IMG/VR virus record: IMGVR_UViG_3300042691_048368
Location: 1 to 64,000 of that record
From: a virus
Direction: 5' to 3' (one strand)
DNA length: 64,000 nt
Positions 20,216-30,602 of this stretch are shown in pieces. Position numbers and translations under genes: made by a program. Numbering within the stretch: the stretch's first letter is position 1; every line of letters begins with the position of its first letter. The notes beneath the pieces are model-generated. The model was not told where the DNA came from. It made no database searches and saw only the letters and a program-made list of their open reading frames with translations.

Positions 20216-21931
20216 ATGAATTTAACAGAGATCTCCTTTGCTAAAGTAAAAACCGAAATAGAGAATTTCTTAAAAACTGAATACTCCAAATCGAGTATTG
20301 TATTTTCGAATGCTAGTCCATTTGGGCAAGTATTATCTGTACTCGAAAATCTTTATCAACTTTCCATCCTTTACATGAAGAATTCAATTAAGCAATTTGA
20401 CATGTTGGACCCATTAGCTGTAAATGCAAGAGCTATAAGAAATGCAGCTATCTTTGCTGGTCACATACCAGCTAGAGCTGTGAGTGCGACAGGTACTTTG
20501 AAATTCAGTATCAAAACCTCAGTCGATATAGCTAAGGAGGTACCTGGTTCGAGAGTCACGTTCCTAAACCGTATTAGTATGAAAAATAAGACTAATGGTT
20601 TGGAGTATGCAATAAATCTTGGTACAGATCAAGTTACTTATCAAGTTAGTTCATCTACTCAGTTTTTCGTATCGATAATACAAGGAAAATGGGAAAGTAA
20701 GAATTTCACTTCTTCAGGTGAACAAAACCAGACATTCCAAGTTAAAATAAGAGGTAAGAAAGAAGTTGAAAATTTTAACTATGAAGTTTTAGTAAATGGT
20801 GACTATTGGACAATAAAAAAACATTTGTATGACTTATTACCAGATGAGAATGCCTGTGTAATCAGAACTGGTTTCGAGGGTGGTATCGATGTGATTTTCG
20901 GCAATTCTGGTTTTGGCGCTATACCACAAATCGGATCATTAATCGAAATAAAATATTTGGTTAGTGATGGGTCAAATGGTTCCATATTTAGAAGAACACA
21001 AAATGATTGGACTTTTATTGATCAACCTCTAGATGGTAATGGTAATTCATTGGATGTTTCGAATATTTTCGACATAGCTATTTATAATGATATAAATTTT
21101 GGATCTGATTCTGAAAATTTACAGTTTACAAAAAATGTTCTACCTATAGTAAGTAACAATTTTGTTTTAGGTTTACCTCAACAATATGCTTATCAAATAA
21201 AGAAACTTGGTGTATTTTCACACGTAAATGCTTATGAAAGGTTTGGCACAATATATGTTGTTGCAACTCCGAATATAAAATTATTTAAAAGTCAAAATTC
21301 CAATTACTTCGAAATTAATATTTCAGCTTTTGATTTAGATGATTATGAGAAATCAAAAATTGACAGATACATAAGAACCGGTGGAAATATTCAACTTACT
21401 AGAAAGTATAAAATTACTTCACCAGTGCTTTCATACTACGTGATGAACGTATTTATAATAACTTATTCGGATGCGAAGGATGACAATGTAGACTCTCAAA
21501 TATATGAAAAAATTTCAGAGTATTTCCTTAATCTAAATCGTATAGATAGAATTCCAAAGAGTGATATGGTCCAAACATTATCATCTATAGGTGATATACA
21601 TTCGGTCGATGTGTCTTTCATATCAAGAAAAAATGAAGAATATCATAAAAATGCTATGATGGAAGATTCAAATCGTAGAAATACTTATGCTTCGAAAGAA
21701 GCGAATCAGATATCCAGACCTCTACCAACATATAACCCAAATACCACATTAGGTTTGGATAGCATATTAGGAGATATATTATTTGAACCAAGTGAAATTC
21801 CGATAATTCGTGGAGGTTGGTTTGATAGAAGTAGTTTTTATTATTCAGATGATTTGAAAGATAATGGATTGAAATCTGTTAACATTATAAGGAAGGGTAC
21901 TGTAGACTCTTCTAGAAGACAAAAATTATAA
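20216..21931 (+). CDS. Baseplate wedge subunit, T4 gp6-like
   Basis: N-terminal F..VK.EI.NFL, RAVSATGTLKF, IIQG, VLVNG..W, DVIFGNSGFG.IP..G..I.IKYL.SDG..G. Confidence 0.8.
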   Translation: MNLTEISFAKVKTEIENFLKTEYSKSSIVFSNASPFGQVLSVLENLYQLSILYMKNSIKQFDMLDPLAVNARAIRNAAIFAGHIPARAVSATGTLKFSIKTSVDIAKEVPGSRVTFLNRISMKNKTNGLEYAINLGTDQVTYQVSSSTQFFVSIIQGKWESKNFTSSGEQNQTFQVKIRGKKEVENFNYEVLVNGDYWTIKKHLYDLLPDENACVIRTGFEGGIDVIFGNSGFGAIPQIGSLIEIKYLVSDGSNGSIFRRTQNDWTFIDQPLDGNGNSLDVSNIFDIAIYNDINFGSDSENLQFTKNVLPIVSNNFVLGLPQQYAYQIKKLGVFSHVNAYERFGTIYVVATPNIKLFKSQNSNYFEINISAFDLDDYEKSKIDRYIRTGGNIQLTRKYKITSPVLSYYVMNVFIITYSDAKDDNVDSQIYEKISEYFLNLNRIDRIPKSDMVQTLSSIGDIHSVDVSFISRKNEEYHKNAMMEDSNRRNTYASKEANQISRPLPTYNPNTTLGLDSILGDILFEPSEIPIIRGGWFDRSSFYYSDDLKDNGLKSVNIIRKGTVDSSRRQKL

Positions 21932-21935
21932 GAGT

Positions 21936-22190
21936 ATGTATTTTGAAGAACAACATATACCAGAACTTTTTTTCTTGAAGCATAGACATGATTCGGAGGA
22001 AGACTTCGTCGACTATGAAAAAATGATACTTGATAAAACACTTACTCCATTTATATACAACAATGATCGAATGAACAATTTTCTGAAATTATTACAAAGA
22101 CCGATTGCGATTTTATTTGATAATGTGAATATCATCAAAAATTTCAAAAATTTTATGGTAGATAAATATTACTACAAACACAAAAGTTAA
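21936..22190 (+). CDS. Hypothetical protein, probably baseplate-associated
   Basis: 84 aa directly after the gp6-like gene. Confidence 0.6.
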   Translation: MYFEEQHIPELFFLKHRHDSEEDFVDYEKMILDKTLTPFIYNNDRMNNFLKLLQRPIAILFDNVNIIKNFKNFMVDKYYYKHKS

Positions 22191-22237
22191 AAAAACACTA
22201 TAAGTATTTAATATATAAATTAATAAATTATTTTGAT

Positions 22238-22876
22238 ATGATCAAGAAGAACGAAGAATCAAGTGGTGAGGAAAGGAAACTTTTTTCATTCAAAAAGTTT
22301 TCCGACTTAGGTAAAGGAAAAGAAAATGAATTGGAATCAGATGATCCAGCTTCTATACCAGCTAGACCTTTTGCTGATACCGACATGCCACAAGGACCAA
22401 ATGTTCATAAAGAAAAAACCAAAAAGGAAAAATTTATGGACACTAGTCACATGAAACCAAAGAAGACGGATTCTGACGACTCAAAACTTGAATCAAAGGA
22501 TGTTACATTTTTTGGTAAAATTGCTAAACTTCCAAAGGGTGTAAAAGCTTCTAAAGGTTATAATTTTTTAGAAAATATAAAAGTTTCGAAAAGTTCGATT
22601 TGGTATCTACTTGTTGAAAAACAAGATAACGAACTACAAATGGTAAAATACAATCACAAGAAAGGAGTTGATTTGTCAAAATTCGTAAAGGAGTTGAAAA
22701 CTTACTACATTTCAAAGAATTCTTCAAATAGTAAAATTTGTAATCTGATCGAAAACATTACGATTGACGGAAATGATAAATATTCTTGGATTAAGAATAT
22801 ACCAATGATAGAAGTTGAAGGTAAAAAGCTAGTGACTAAGATTACCGAAGACTTAATAAAATTATTAAGTAAGTAA
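22238..22876 (+). CDS. Hypothetical late protein
   Basis: 212 aa; TAATATATA at 22209-22217; KLFSFKKF motif. Confidence 0.7.
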   Translation: MIKKNEESSGEERKLFSFKKFSDLGKGKENELESDDPASIPARPFADTDMPQGPNVHKEKTKKEKFMDTSHMKPKKTDSDDSKLESKDVTFFGKIAKLPKGVKASKGYNFLENIKVSKSSIWYLLVEKQDNELQMVKYNHKKGVDLSKFVKELKTYYISKNSSNSKICNLIENITIDGNDKYSWIKNIPMIEVEGKKLVTKITEDLIKLLSK

Positions 22877-23070
22877 TGCCAAATTTAAGAATATTCGGTT
22901 CAGCGATTCATGACACTGCACTCGTAATGATTGTGACTTCATCACTATCTTCAATATTTTATTATGTGACAAGAGGGTACATTGAGAGAAATGAAGCAAA
23001 CATGAGCCTATTATTTGGTTTAGTTTGTTCCGGAATTTATTGGTATACTCAGTATAAGATTAAGAAATAA
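22876..23070 (+). CDS. Small two-TM membrane protein
   Basis: 64 aa, two hydrophobic helices, TAATG coupling to the upstream gene. Confidence 0.6.
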   Translation: MPNLRIFGSAIHDTALVMIVTSSLSSIFYYVTRGYIERNEANMSLLFGLVCSGIYWYTQYKIKK

Positions 23071-23617
23071 TCTTCTTCAAAACAAAATCTGGTCTTTTTC
23101 TCATATCGATAGTAGTTAGATCGATGTGAGCAATATTTTCTAATTCTAGATAAGATTTTATCCATCTATCTAATTTTTGAATTTCATTTTTATTCTGATA
23201 CCTTATACCATCCTCTACATTATCAAGAATTGGTGGTAAGTAAAAAACATAATCCCATTGATTTATGGATTTCAGTATTTCTTTTTGTAAGTGATTTATT
23301 ACTGCAATATCCTTTTGTGAAAGATTTGAATCATATAAGTTTCTAAAATAGAAATAATTCAAAATACCAGAAGAGTCACAGATTATGTAGTCTTTAGATC
23401 CAACAAACATTCTTTCTTTGTTCAACTGTTTATAAAATATAACAAGTTGATCTACGGGAGTGTTTGGAATTCCATATTCGGCTATATAATCTGTTGCTAC
23501 TTCTGGTACAAAAATTGAATTTTTACCCAACTTTTTTAGTTCAGTATGAACGTCTGTTGCTAATGTAGACTTACCACTACTCGGTGCCCCAATAAAAGTG
23601 ATTAGTTTACTTTCCAT
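23060..23617 (-). CDS. NadR/Ttd14-like P-loop kinase (AAA_28-like)
   Basis: GAPSSGKST, FVPEVA, IICDS, EDGIRYQ. Confidence 0.75.
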   Translation of the reverse strand: MESKLITFIGAPSSGKSTLATDVHTELKKLGKNSIFVPEVATDYIAEYGIPNTPVDQLVIFYKQLNKERMFVGSKDYIICDSSGILNYFYFRNLYDSNLSQKDIAVINHLQKEILKSINQWDYVFYLPPILDNVEDGIRYQNKNEIQKLDRWIKSYLELENIAHIDLTTIDMRKRPDFVLKKIIS

Positions 23618-23619
23618 TT

Positions 23620-24777
23620 TTATTGAAAAAACTGAGCGTTCGAATTGATCTTCATAACATCCTCTTGTGTGAAATACTGAGGTGTCTTTTGAATTTGTGC
23701 TAGTAGATCTCGGTAGGTTGCAGCTCCCTCATCTTTACGTCCAGTGTAGAAACAAGCTGCAGCATGTACTTCCAAGAATCTCCAAACATATAGAGACTCA
23801 TCTACGAAAAGAAGTCTAGTTGGGTAAGGGTTTTTTCCATGAAGACTTTCTTTCGCAAACTTGGTGTAGATGTATGCATTGTGCCATTCACCATTACTAA
23901 GGTAATAATCAATAATTGCTTTGATTGGTTCAGCTCTGAGTGGGTCCATAGCATAAGCTTTGAGAAACTCTTGATGCACTTTATACCAAGGTTCTTCGAG
24001 AACCTTCATAATGGTTCCAACTCTGAATTGGGAATAAAATCTTTCTTCTTCATAACCATCACTTCTACCAATTCTTTCTTTGTAGTATTTAAGTGACCTC
24101 CTTAATCTTTCATCATTTTCTACTTTATTATCTGGTATAGAAGCTGAATCATGATAGGATTGTGCAGTATAGAAAACCCATCTAGCATTTCTATCTTTAT
24201 TATCAATATAATCTTCAAGAATCATTGAATGTTTCTTGTACTTATCTGGAATGTTACCTTTCCAAGAACCACCATCCATTTGTACCCTCACCGTAATACC
24301 TTCCATAAGACCAGATGAAATACCTTGGTCATCACAAACGATAAATTCATGAACAGGACCATACCATCTGAAATTCTTATTAGTATTCCAACACTCGTTT
24401 CTTGTATATTTCATATTACCGATATAGGTATTGAACATATAAAGATCTTTATCGAGTTTATGTTTATCAAAAGATGGATCAACATCAATAGTCTCGTCTG
24501 CATCAAGCCAAAAAGCGTAATCAGATTTATCCTTGACCATTTGCATAGCGTAATTTCTGCAATTTTCAAAATTGTCAAACGCTTTTTCATAAACAAAACA
24601 AGGAATATTATTATTTTCTCCCCATTTCTTTATGATTTCTTGGGTACCATCAGTTGAACCAGTGTCAACAAATACTGCACAATCAATTATTGATTTTATA
24701 GAGTTCAACATACGTTCTATAACATGTGCTTCGTTTTTAACGATTTGTGAAATTGCTAGTCTATATTGTTTTTTCAT
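23620..24777 (-). CDS. GT2 glycosyltransferase with C-terminal TPR-like helices (SunS/flagellin-GT-like)
   Basis: IVKNEA, VDTGSTDGT, CRNYA, WLDADE, WYGPVHE, FYTAQSY. Confidence 0.85.
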   Translation of the reverse strand: MKKQYRLAISQIVKNEAHVIERMLNSIKSIIDCAVFVDTGSTDGTQEIIKKWGENNNIPCFVYEKAFDNFENCRNYAMQMVKDKSDYAFWLDADETIDVDPSFDKHKLDKDLYMFNTYIGNMKYTRNECWNTNKNFRWYGPVHEFIVCDDQGISSGLMEGITVRVQMDGGSWKGNIPDKYKKHSMILEDYIDNKDRNARWVFYTAQSYHDSASIPDNKVENDERLRRSLKYYKERIGRSDGYEEERFYSQFRVGTIMKVLEEPWYKVHQEFLKAYAMDPLRAEPIKAIIDYYLSNGEWHNAYIYTKFAKESLHGKNPYPTRLLFVDESLYVWRFLEVHAAACFYTGRKDEGAATYRDLLAQIQKTPQYFTQEDVMKINSNAQFFQ

Positions 24778-24797
24778 TAAAAATAAATAGTTTTTTT

Positions 24798-24825
24798 ATT
24801 ATATAAGTTGTTTTTATCAAAGTTC
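24798..24825 (-). promoter_or_regulatory. Putative middle-class promoter
   Basis: GAAC-N18-TATAAT upstream of the GT2 gene. Confidence 0.55.
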
Positions 24826-24827
24826 TT

Positions 24828-25133
24828 TCAAACTGGTGATAAGAAAATTCTAATATTGGATGGATCTGAATTTATACTAACATCAATTACAGGTATTTTA
24901 TAAAAATTACCATTGTCAGTATATTCTTCTTCTGTAATCATATATCTGGAGATTAATCCCGAATTTCTGTAAGATTGCAGAATAGAATGAAAATCATTGA
25001 AATAACCAGGTTGCATTACTCCGGCTGATAAAAGATTTTTTTCGAAAATTGTCTGTAATTCATTTTTCAAAGGTAGTAAACCTTTGGGTACCATTTTATT
25101 ACGGTTTGATATATGTTCAAGAAGTCTTCTCAT
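24828..25133 (-). CDS. Hypothetical protein
   Basis: 101 aa, coupled to the upstream gene. Confidence 0.6.
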   Translation of the reverse strand: MRRLLEHISNRNKMVPKGLLPLKNELQTIFEKNLLSAGVMQPGYFNDFHSILQSYRNSGLISRYMITEEEYTDNGNFYKIPVIDVSINSDPSNIRIFLSPV

Positions 25134-25669
25134 TGTTCTAAAATTAATCTTTCTTTATCTAAGTTTCTATTGATAGCTTTATCTGAGGAAAATTTTTCAC
25201 CGTATCTTGCTTTTAACTTTTCTATGTTAGTGTCCAAAATATTTTGGATGTTAATGTCATTATGATGACAAAATACACACATGGTTCCAAAAAGATTTTC
25301 CGTCATTTTGGAAAAATCATTTATGCTGATATCCTTATTGTAATAAATCTTTTTCTTAAGATAATCCAATAACGTACAAGATTGTTTTAATGCTTGGACA
25401 ATCAAGGCTTGATTTTTAATTTGAGTAAACTCTTTTTCGAATTGTGTGATCTCAAGTCCAATATTCAATTCTCTATCTAATAAAGCTATATACCAGAAAA
25501 CATCTGCTACTTCTTCTTTTTTATTTACTTCATCATTCCAAGAAAGTAATTCTTCAAGTTCTGTAAGCACTCCTATTACACCATGTAATAGATTCTCCAC
25601 TTGTTTTCCACAGTGAAACTCGGTGGATAGAGTTTTTTCTGAGAGTTGTTTATATTCATTCCATTCCAT
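25130..25669 (-). CDS. MazG-like nucleotide pyrophosphohydrolase
   Basis: LLHGVIGVLTELEEL, EEVADVFWY, NIEKLKARYG. Confidence 0.8.
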   Translation of the reverse strand: MEWNEYKQLSEKTLSTEFHCGKQVENLLHGVIGVLTELEELLSWNDEVNKKEEVADVFWYIALLDRELNIGLEITQFEKEFTQIKNQALIVQALKQSCTLLDYLKKKIYYNKDISINDFSKMTENLFGTMCVFCHHNDINIQNILDTNIEKLKARYGEKFSSDKAINRNLDKERLILEQ

Positions 25670-25735
25670 ATCATTTATATGGTAATTTTTATTTGTGTTT
25701 TAAAAAATAAATATATAAAAAAAATATAAAATAGA

Positions 25736-26776
25736 ATGAAAGTCGTAAAATATTCGGAATATTCAAAAATTAATGAGGAATTTGTTTTGAGTGCTATAAA
25801 AGGTGCGCTTGGTAAATTGTTTGGATTTTTCGCAAATGCTTTCAAAGATTTGGGTGCTGATTTTAAATCTATGTTCAAAGAGGATGACCCTTCCACTATA
25901 AAAGACATAGTAATGAAAAATGTTGACCAAGCTGTTGATGGTGCTCAAAAGGAAATCACCAATCTAAAAAGTGATGGTGATGTATTGGGTATAGTGGATA
26001 ATATGGTGACTCAATTAGTTGAACTTGGTAATAACATTACTAAAGATGTTGAGGGTGCTTTAGGTAAGGAAAAATCAAAACCTGTTGAGGAAATCTCAAA
26101 AGCGTTACTACTTGGAAATAAAGAAGTGGATTGGGTTGGTATAGTTGGTGCATTGGATCCAGCGGCAGGAATTTTGAAAAAAGACATAAATTTTGCATAC
26201 TCGAAGAAGAAATTCGTTGAGTCAGTAAACAAGGGTAAAGATTTGAATCAGAAAAAAACCTTGGCTTCAAAGTTTCTTGATGATTTTCAAAAAACAATAA
26301 GGGCTGAATTAGAAAAAGCAGTGACCGATGAAGAGATAAAAACTCTTTATGATAAAATGAAGGGTGGAGACGCTGGTACTGATTTGGAATTGAAGGAAGG
26401 TGATATGGTTGTGTATCTCCTCAAAGGAAAGAAAAAAGAGGAATTTGATGAAAAGAAAAAACCTGAAGAACAAAAAGATGTAGTTGGTGTAAAGAAAATC
26501 GAAAAAATAGATGGTGATAAAATAACATTTCTAGATAAAGACGGTAAACCTACAATTTTAAAAACAAAAGCTGAAATACTAAAGAAGGTTGAAGTTGAAA
26601 TGGGCCAAAACGCAAAGAAGGTTGCAGACTCACTTGGAAAAATCAAACAAGACGAGGAAAAAATGGGTAAAGTTGCTACTTTCGCTGAATTTATTCAAGA
26701 TGATAAAAATAAAGACAAACTAGCTGAAATAGAAAAAATACTTTCTGGTGGTGAACAGCCAGCCGCACAAGCATAA
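25736..26776 (+). CDS. K/E-rich hypothetical protein with CTS-like N-terminus
   Basis: 346 aa; MKVVKYSEYSKINEE. Confidence 0.75.
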   Translation: MKVVKYSEYSKINEEFVLSAIKGALGKLFGFFANAFKDLGADFKSMFKEDDPSTIKDIVMKNVDQAVDGAQKEITNLKSDGDVLGIVDNMVTQLVELGNNITKDVEGALGKEKSKPVEEISKALLLGNKEVDWVGIVGALDPAAGILKKDINFAYSKKKFVESVNKGKDLNQKKTLASKFLDDFQKTIRAELEKAVTDEEIKTLYDKMKGGDAGTDLELKEGDMVVYLLKGKKKEEFDEKKKPEEQKDVVGVKKIEKIDGDKITFLDKDGKPTILKTKAEILKKVEVEMGQNAKKVADSLGKIKQDEEKMGKVATFAEFIQDDKNKDKLAEIEKILSGGEQPAAQA

Positions 26777-27498
26777 TGAATTATAGGAAAGAAATTGATA
26801 AGATCTATAGGAAATTAGAGTCATTTGCCCAAAGAGGTGATGATGCAATAATGGATTTCAGAGAGTATATTGACCAAATTGTAGAATACGGTCTATACGG
26901 TATATTTATTGATGTTATGGATTTGAAATATTTCATAGACGTGAGAAAATATGCATCTGTAGAATTGATGAAAAAGGATGTTTTCGAAAAAATAAAGTTT
27001 CAGACTATGTCCAAGTTCAATAAGAACCTAAAAAGTTTGTACGATTCTAAAGGTGTGTTCACTAATGGTAGAAAATATTATGATAGTCAAACATCAAAAT
27101 TTTTGGGGGAAATTATAGAGATAGAGAATTATAGTAATAACAATTATGTTTATTACGACACAAGACTGAATAATCGTTTAAACCAATCTGAAGATTTGAA
27201 TCTTTCTATTTTAGTCGGAGTTTCATCTTCTCTATATAATGCAATCTCTAGATACGCACCCGATTCAAATAGAGTTGTGACATATGGTACCAATTCTCAA
27301 GTGGTTTATGGTGGTTTTATATATGATTGTATCAAAGAATATACCTGGACTTATGGGAGTCCAATTACACCTACTTATTCTGAGTACTGGACATTTTCTA
27401 ATGTCCCTACATACTCTGTATTTAGTGTTACAGGTTCGACTAAGACTTTATTAGACAAGTATGAGGAAGCAATTGATATAATCAAAAGTGTGAATTAA
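26776..27498 (+). CDS. Hypothetical protein, possibly structural
   Basis: 240 aa; C-terminal VVYGGFIYDC...YW module resembles small carbohydrate-binding-like repeats also seen in the 2625-aa protein. Confidence 0.65.
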   Translation: MNYRKEIDKIYRKLESFAQRGDDAIMDFREYIDQIVEYGLYGIFIDVMDLKYFIDVRKYASVELMKKDVFEKIKFQTMSKFNKNLKSLYDSKGVFTNGRKYYDSQTSKFLGEIIEIENYSNNNYVYYDTRLNNRLNQSEDLNLSILVGVSSSLYNAISRYAPDSNRVVTYGTNSQVVYGGFIYDCIKEYTWTYGSPITPTYSEYWTFSNVPTYSVFSVTGSTKTLLDKYEEAIDIIKSVN

Positions 27499-28213
27499 GG
27501 TAATCTCTTAACTTATCTCTATAATCAATATATCTATGTAATTCTGGATCTCCCTCCGGTCCTATGTAAAGAATATAACCCATCTTTACGTCCAAACCAA
27601 CTTCTTCCAAAATAAGTGCATATAAGGAAATTTGAATGGAATATTCAGTTAGTTTACATTCATCTTCAGTTTCAAAGGGGCTCAATAACTTTTTATTGTA
27701 AGCACTTGTTGTGTCGAATTTTTTATTAGTTTTCCAATCTACAATAACAAGTTGATCTTTGTATGTAAACAAAGCGTCGAAAGTTCCAGCGAGTTTCCAT
27801 TTAGTTGAAAATACTTTCTGTTCGAATTTTACAGGTACTAGTTTAGTAAGTTTTTCATAATAAATTTTATGAAACTTATCCAATCTATCTATGATTTCAA
27901 AATCTCTAGGTATAGGTTGATAAACACCTTTGAAAAAGTTTTCAATCCATGCATGAGTAGCGTGTCCGATTTCGTTAGCTCGATCATTTAACTTTTTCCA
28001 TTCTTCTAAAACTTTATCTTGATCTTGTCCAGTTTTCTCAGCAGTAACCTTTGACCACTTATCCGAATCAAATTCCTCCTTGAACCTTTTGATAAAAGTA
28101 GTGACCGATTCATAATTTTTTCCATCATAGTAATATTTATGGTATTTTTCTTTGAACTCGAATAGAGTATTTTCATCAAAGAATTTTAACTTTTCTAGGA
28201 TTAAATCAGTCAT
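27482..28213 (-). CDS. PD-(D/E)XK exonuclease (Cas4/lambda-exo-like superfamily)
   Basis: SVTTFI, GHATHAWIE, EQKVFS, LAGTFDAL, IVDWKTNK, QISLY. Confidence 0.85.
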   Translation of the reverse strand: MTDLILEKLKFFDENTLFEFKEKYHKYYYDGKNYESVTTFIKRFKEEFDSDKWSKVTAEKTGQDQDKVLEEWKKLNDRANEIGHATHAWIENFFKGVYQPIPRDFEIIDRLDKFHKIYYEKLTKLVPVKFEQKVFSTKWKLAGTFDALFTYKDQLVIVDWKTNKKFDTTSAYNKKLLSPFETEDECKLTEYSIQISLYALILEEVGLDVKMGYILYIGPEGDPELHRYIDYRDKLRDYLNSHF

Positions 28214-28246
28214 AATATATTATTATCAAATTAACAAACAATGTTT

Positions 28247-28465
28247 TTAAATAACTTTGAAGAAGCTCCAAGAACAAGGTACTCGACCTTCTTTAACAGT
28301 TATTATTTCACTAACTCGTTCTGCGTCAACAATTTCTCCTTCGATTATCTTTTCAAAATTTGAATCTTTGTGAAATCCTAATTCCAAATAATTAACATCG
28401 GTGTAATAATGGTGACCAACAAAACTATCACCCCTTTTTACTACTTTTATTTTACAAATTTCCAT
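28247..28465 (-). CDS. Hypothetical protein
   Basis: 72 aa in the same minus-strand run. Confidence 0.55.
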   Translation of the reverse strand: MEICKIKVVKRGDSFVGHHYYTDVNYLELGFHKDSNFEKIIEGEIVDAERVSEIITVKEGRVPCSWSFFKVI

Positions 28466-28466
28466 G

Positions 28467-29684
28467 TCAAAAAGGTGTTAAATCTTCTTCAACTTGCTCG
28501 TCATCCAACGGGATGTAAAACATATTCGGTGAATTTATGTGTTCTTGTTGCGACTTTTTCTTACGTAATGATTCTAATAAAATATTATTGTTGAGGTCAT
28601 TGTCTTTGAAGATCCAATCATTCAGTGTAGGATCATACTGAGCATCATCCCTAAGAATGAAAGTGTCAAAGACATCAGAGTGTATACATAAATTCGAGTG
28701 AACGCGCATATCGAGGTAATTTAGATAAAGGGTCTCACTGAATTGGTAGTACAGTTTAGTTTTTTCACACAAAGTTAGATGATCCGAATCATAAGTAGAA
28801 CCATCGGCAGATGATAATGTCCTTATATTCGTATTAATCTGTGGTTTGTGGTTAGATATTTTACCCGACTTAAAATCTAAAAATTTGAATGTATCCATAT
28901 AAGGATAGTAATCGAATTTGAAATTATTAAGATCGAAATTTATTTCCTTATAAATTGTTTTTCCTTTGGACTCGAAAAACAAACTGTTGTTCCACTTTTG
29001 TTCTTTCTTATAAATAAACCCGTTTTCATCTGCCCATTTTTTAAAGTGGAACTGATAAGTTTCATCATCAATGGTATAAATTCTGTCCATTATCTTTTCA
29101 CCATTAATAGACCACAAGAGTGCTCGGCCAATCAACATATGATTATCTGTTAAAAGTACGAGTAAAGAAATTTTGTCTTTATTATCAGTATAAAGGCGCA
29201 GATAATCTTGACATTGATCATATTTCATGCAAGAATTACCAAGTGATCCAGACTCTGAGAGATAAGATTCATAGTGATAATAATGATAAATATTATCGCC
29301 ATTTACGACTTTGAAATTTGAATTAATTTTTGTCTGTACATTTTTAAAGAGCTGTGAGAAATTTTCTACTTCCCTTGGGTGGATGTTTCGGAAAAGTTTC
29401 GAAATGAATGCGCCGGGTTTGATGTGGAACCTTTTTGGAGAAGTCCACAAATCCTCTCCATTTTGCAAAAGATTTTCTATTCTTTCTTGAGTTAAATATG
29501 AAATCTTTGTTCTGTCTGATTGGGAAATAGAAATATAGTTGATGTGATTATCAACTAGGTTTTCTATTGAGTGTCTCTGTTTCAATAGAAGTCTAGCGAT
29601 TTCGGAATTATCCTTGATTTGTTCGAGGATGTAATCTAATTCTAATGATGTAATAATATCGGAGGTTTTTCTTGTATACGCCAT
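28467..29684 (-). CDS. Conserved phage protein of the SCM/GRALLW/MDRIY type; paralog A (early promoter)
   Basis: GSLGNSCMKY, IGRALLW, IMDRIY, YPYMDT; clear similarity to 30868..32004. Confidence 0.75.
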   Translation of the reverse strand: MAYTRKTSDIITSLELDYILEQIKDNSEIARLLLKQRHSIENLVDNHINYISISQSDRTKISYLTQERIENLLQNGEDLWTSPKRFHIKPGAFISKLFRNIHPREVENFSQLFKNVQTKINSNFKVVNGDNIYHYYHYESYLSESGSLGNSCMKYDQCQDYLRLYTDNKDKISLLVLLTDNHMLIGRALLWSINGEKIMDRIYTIDDETYQFHFKKWADENGFIYKKEQKWNNSLFFESKGKTIYKEINFDLNNFKFDYYPYMDTFKFLDFKSGKISNHKPQINTNIRTLSSADGSTYDSDHLTLCEKTKLYYQFSETLYLNYLDMRVHSNLCIHSDVFDTFILRDDAQYDPTLNDWIFKDNDLNNNILLESLRKKKSQQEHINSPNMFYIPLDDEQVEEDLTPF

Positions 29685-29691
29685 AAGTTCA

Positions 29692-29723
29692 CAAAGGTAA
29701 AATTTTAATCTAACATATCCAAA
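29692..29723 (-). promoter_or_regulatory. Bacteroidota -33/-7 promoter, putative early
   Basis: TTTG-N20-TACCTTTG, 7 nt before ATG 29684. Confidence 0.75.
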
Positions 29724-30580
29724 AGTTGTGAAAGTTTATCTTCACGAATGAAGCACTGTGTGATTTGGAGAATTTTTTCAGTTTCCTTTCGAACAACATA
29801 TGAATCTTGATTGCGAAAAACATTCATATAAGCTTGAAATACCTTGAATGCATCTATGGAAAAATCATTGTACGATTCAATATTTAGTTTATCACTTGGG
29901 GTCATGAGTACATTAATTTGTGCTTTTGTAAAATCCTTGGAATGGTTCCAACGAAGGACGTTCTTTAGTGCATCAAACTTATTGTGATTTACTTTCTGGT
30001 CCTTATCAATGATAACATTACGAACTTGTGAAATCATTACTCGCTCCCCTACAAGTGATTTGATAGACTCAATTTGCTCATCAAAAGTCTCCACATCTAT
30101 ATTTTGAGCGGCAACTTCTGCTTTATCGGAAATACCTTTGATGTGTTTAGTGATAAGTGAAAAGTTTTTGATATTACTAACTAAATATGTACCATTATCA
30201 GCTTGATAAAGACCAAGATTCATACTGAGTCTACGAGACTTATCTGAAGAATTGAGTATGAAGAAAGCTTTGAAATACTTGATGCCAGCAATTTCAACTT
30301 CATCGGAGAGGAGAATGAGTTCTTGAATACCACCTCGAATGCGGAGATTTGAATAAGTAATATTGAAATTTGATTCAATATAATCGATTTTGGACTTCAT
30401 AAAAGACCGAATATCAAAAATCTCATAACGATTAGATACCAGTGTAGTGTTGATAACCCTACCGAAGTATTTGGTAACTACTTGGGATCCACTTTGACTG
30501 ATGTCAATTGCTTCGACACGACGAAAAAGGTCTGATTTGTTGTATTTTTGGTAACCGCGAGATAGTAGAAATGTTGACAT
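29705..30580 (-). CDS. DUF932/DUF945-like protein (early)
   Basis: VSNRY, FILNSSDKSRRLSMNLGLY resembles the LxNSHDG...GxFR core; ends IREDKLSQLL. Confidence 0.55.
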   Translation of the reverse strand: MSTFLLSRGYQKYNKSDLFRRVEAIDISQSGSQVVTKYFGRVINTTLVSNRYEIFDIRSFMKSKIDYIESNFNITYSNLRIRGGIQELILLSDEVEIAGIKYFKAFFILNSSDKSRRLSMNLGLYQADNGTYLVSNIKNFSLITKHIKGISDKAEVAAQNIDVETFDEQIESIKSLVGERVMISQVRNVIIDKDQKVNHNKFDALKNVLRWNHSKDFTKAQINVLMTPSDKLNIESYNDFSIDAFKVFQAYMNVFRNQDSYVVRKETEKILQITQCFIREDKLSQLLDMLD

Positions 30581-30602
30581 ATTGTATTTGATTTTGATAA
30601 TA

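Noticed and set aside
27482-28213. Cas4 assignment
   Set aside because: PD-(D/E)XK motifs are present but the four Fe-S cysteines are not; generic phage exonuclease
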